Assembly (NCBI GenBank): GCA_017654855.1
Contig: CM030333.1
Location: 2,914,001 to 2,978,000 of the forward strand
Reading direction: 5' to 3'
Origin: Podospora anserina
Taxonomy: Eukaryota
DNA length: 64,000 bases
Shown: positions 61,270 through 64,000 of the stretch, one piece after another
Position numbering within the stretch: the first letter of the stretch is position 1
How the letters are laid out: every line of letters starts with the position of its first letter
Translations under genes and position numbers: made by a program
The notes under the pieces: generated by a model
Told to the model about the DNA's origin: nothing
Databases searched by the model: none
Seen by the model: only the letters and a program-made list of their open reading frames with translations

Positions 61270-62378
61270 GAGGGCAGAGGGACGCCAATGGCGGAGGGGA
61301 ATGGTAATTACCAGCTGCAGCGGCAATGTCGGTGTGTGATCACCCCCTCTCCTATGCCTCAGCAGGTTGTTGCTGACCGGCAGGGATACCACCAGTATGC
61401 TCGCCCCCTTGCCACCCCGCCTGACAGAGAACCGGATAAGGAGACGGTAGAGTGGGATGAGTGGATGTGCAGACAGCTCGCGGCGTATTTACTGAATGGC
61501 ACGCCCGAGTGAGGTGTCCAGGGGGGATAGTGCGAGGAGAGAAGAGATCTGTCGACAGCGAGCGGGATTCGGTTGTATCAACACCCGAGGGCCAGGAGAA
61601 ACCTTGGAAGCTTGGAGTCTCACGGTTGTAGTGTAAGTTCCAGCTAGTGAACGTTTCTGTGTTTGAGGCTGTTAGTGGCGCCGGTTTGCGCGCCGGTTGA
61701 GCCTGAGGCTCGACGTTGAGTTGTGGGGGGGACTGGAAGGAGAATGTGGAGGAAAGGTTTTTGCCAAAGGGCAAGGCTAGCGTGAGATTTCGTGGACGGT
61801 TAGGGTGTGGCTTGCGGATTATGGGGTTTGGTTGTTGGACAGGCTTCATTGTCGGATGGTACAAGTTGGTCTAGGGGTGGAGGTTGGATGAGATGGTTTG
61901 GGTTGGCGTTGATGAAGTTGAGTTTGGTGCAGTGGTGCTTAGGCTTATATACCCGCTCAGCCTCAGCAATACAACACACCAAGTGGTTTGACGGGGTTAT
62001 TTGGCAGTTTCGGAGTCTTCCTCACGTTTCTTGCGATACCCCTGGTTTTCTTTGTAATGTCGATTTAGTTCATCGTCACACTATATCAATGGGGACAAAG
62101 GTTGTTTCAAAAATCACCACATGTGATAATGATATGTAATGAGTGGCTAATGATGATCATCCTGACAAAATTAAACAAAGAAGAGTTCATGAAGGAGTGT
62201 CGGTAAATCTGTCATATCTTATATCCATCCATCCATCCCAACCAGCGGTCCCAGGCTCGTCTCAAGATGTGATCATCAACCCATAAATCCCCTATTCACA
62301 GTTCCCCTTATTCACAGTCCTCCCAGTGGCTTGTGCGCTTCAGTGCTCGGAGCCTTGCCCCGTTGGTTTGAGGAGCAT

Positions 62379-62748
62379 TTAGCAAAAGCTGCCCAAAACG
62401 GGTCCCAGAGCAGGGAGTGATTCGACGCAGCTGCAAAGCTGTTGAATGTTAGAGACGAAAGAGCTAGATATCGGCCAACGAAGAAAGGGCTTCACGTACA
62501 GGAGCGATGTTGGTGACACCGCCAAGGCAGGCTGCGATATTGCTGAGGTTCAAAGTTGGAATGGCACCAAGCAGGCAAAGAGCCTGGAAGAGAGGGATGC
62601 CGACGAGGCTGTTGACGCAGGTGTTGACGTCCACTGGAGGAAGGGTGACCTGGCGGTCGACAAGGACGGGGGCAGTGTCCACCTGGGCGGGGGCAGCAAG
62701 GCCGGTGGTGGCGACGGCGAGGGGAAGGAAGATCTTGGAGAACTGCAT
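62379..62748 (-). CDS. Small secreted 6-Cys protein, about 102 aa
   Basis: Signal MQFSKIFLPLAVATTGLAAP; intron 62499-62439 (GTACGT..CTAAC..CAG); last exon LCSCVESLPALGPVLGSFC. Confidence 0.85.
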
Positions 62749-64000
62749 TTTGATGGTGGCCGGTGGTAATAGACATTGAGAGGATGTAGGTACTGGTGGT
62801 AATGATGTTGTTGGAAAGGTGGTAAGGATACTTGAAGGCTTGAATGCTGATGGAGAGAAAAGGGTTGAGGTGTTGTCGGGGATGGCGTGCGTTCCTTTAT
62901 AGTATTTTCCGGTCTCCGATCATCGGTCTCCCTCATCGGATCCTGTCCTCCCATGGAGGTGAAGTCGGATACGGAGCACAGCGCAACGTGACTTCGGTTA
63001 TTGGTTCAGCTCTCTTCGACCACCACCATCCTTTGGAGTTGATGTCGGAACGCACATCTCAAGGGGGTTCTGAACCCCACCTCGCATCATGAGGTGCCTT
63101 CGTTTCCGAGGCCTGCATAGTCACAAGGCGGTGCTCAACTGGAGTATCGACATCGGCAAGTCGACAACACTGTGTGGTGGACGAAAGCGAACCCTCCTGC
63201 AGGATGCATCTTTTTCAAGGACAACTTCCTGAACTTGACTTCCAATAGAATTCTGAGAAAATCCTACAGATTAGTCAAGGCCATCCATCTTCACGCATAT
63301 ACTGTTCCTATCTGGTAGTGATAGACAGCATAGCTGGGAACAAGACACTCGGTGAGCAACCACCTCGTGAATAGGGGGGTGCCTGACAGGGCAAAAGAAA
63401 ACAATGGCACCTCGGCTGGGGTCGGCGGCAGCTTGCACAGAATGGCTCGCTTCGGCACGAACAGATGAAGGAAGTCGGCCGGCAGCGTGACCCATGGGGG
63501 GTGGTAATCCGTCGGGATCAGCCGCCATCATGGCCCATCGGATACGAGTTACACCAATAGATACATCACAAAACCGCTCTAGGCCTCGTCAGCAAAATAT
63601 GTCAGAATTCGACGATAAAAGCCGGAAGCACGGCAATTTGCCGCCGCACCAACAAACAAGCAAGCACGTTGAGGGCCCTCATCCATGCAGCGGCGGTGTG
63701 TTGCAGAAGGCTGCTTCTTTTCTGGAAGTGAGGCCGGCCAAAATCAGTAGTCGAGGTCCCGTCACTCACCACCAACCAGCTTCCGGCTCAGCGCTTGCCA
63801 GTCCCAGTCTCGCCAGGCCCTACAAAAGTTCCATCGAGTTCAATAAAACATTGGACGACACGACATTCTTGGCGCGATCGCTATTCTTGTTCTTGGGACA
63901 TGTGGCTTTCATACCAAGAGAAAGTTGGTGTATGAACTCGGTTATTTCGGGCTTGGAGGTGAAGAAGTTTGAACCCTTCAACAGCCAACAAAGCCAGGAG

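Noticed and set aside
1..64000. Transposons, CRISPR arrays and the many short antisense ORFs
   Set aside because: I saw no transposase, RT, LTR/TIR or spacer array. Antisense ORFs are shadows of GC-rich coding regions.

Overview
Intron-containing fungal genomic DNA, most likely a Sordariales species such as the Podospora anserina complex. The taxon is inferred from gene content and codon style, not from a database search. Bases 1-33033 hold about half of an Aspergillus nidulans-type sterigmatocystin (ST) cluster: stcJ (5'-truncated by the window edge), stcI, a Dabb-barrel gene at the stcH position, stcG, stcF, aflS, aflR, stcE, a DUF4267-type membrane gene at the stcD position, stcC, stcB, stcA (NR-PKS with two ACPs), then a relocated stcO-stcP-stcQ-stcR block. 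AflR-type TCGN5CGR sites occur in most cluster promoters. This cluster is a known system, reported as horizontally acquired in P. anserina, and is not novel in itself. Beyond about 33.1 kb lies core genome: a secreted protein, YAR1-like ankyrin protein, N-terminal methyltransferase, intron-containing tRNA-Tyr, SPO11, ERG7, SGT1, glucosylceramide synthase, SEN2, an ABCC transporter, a C2H2/fungal-TF gene, two small secreted Cys-rich proteins and an orphan. The most notable sequence-level anomalies are four: a CGG where the stcF intron-1 acceptor CAG should be; an orphan ORF split by one in-frame TAG in an A-to-I editing-like context; an apparently N-terminally short AflS; and a C54 variant in the tRNA-Tyr T-loop. 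Exon boundaries were worked out by hand and need RNA-seq confirmation.
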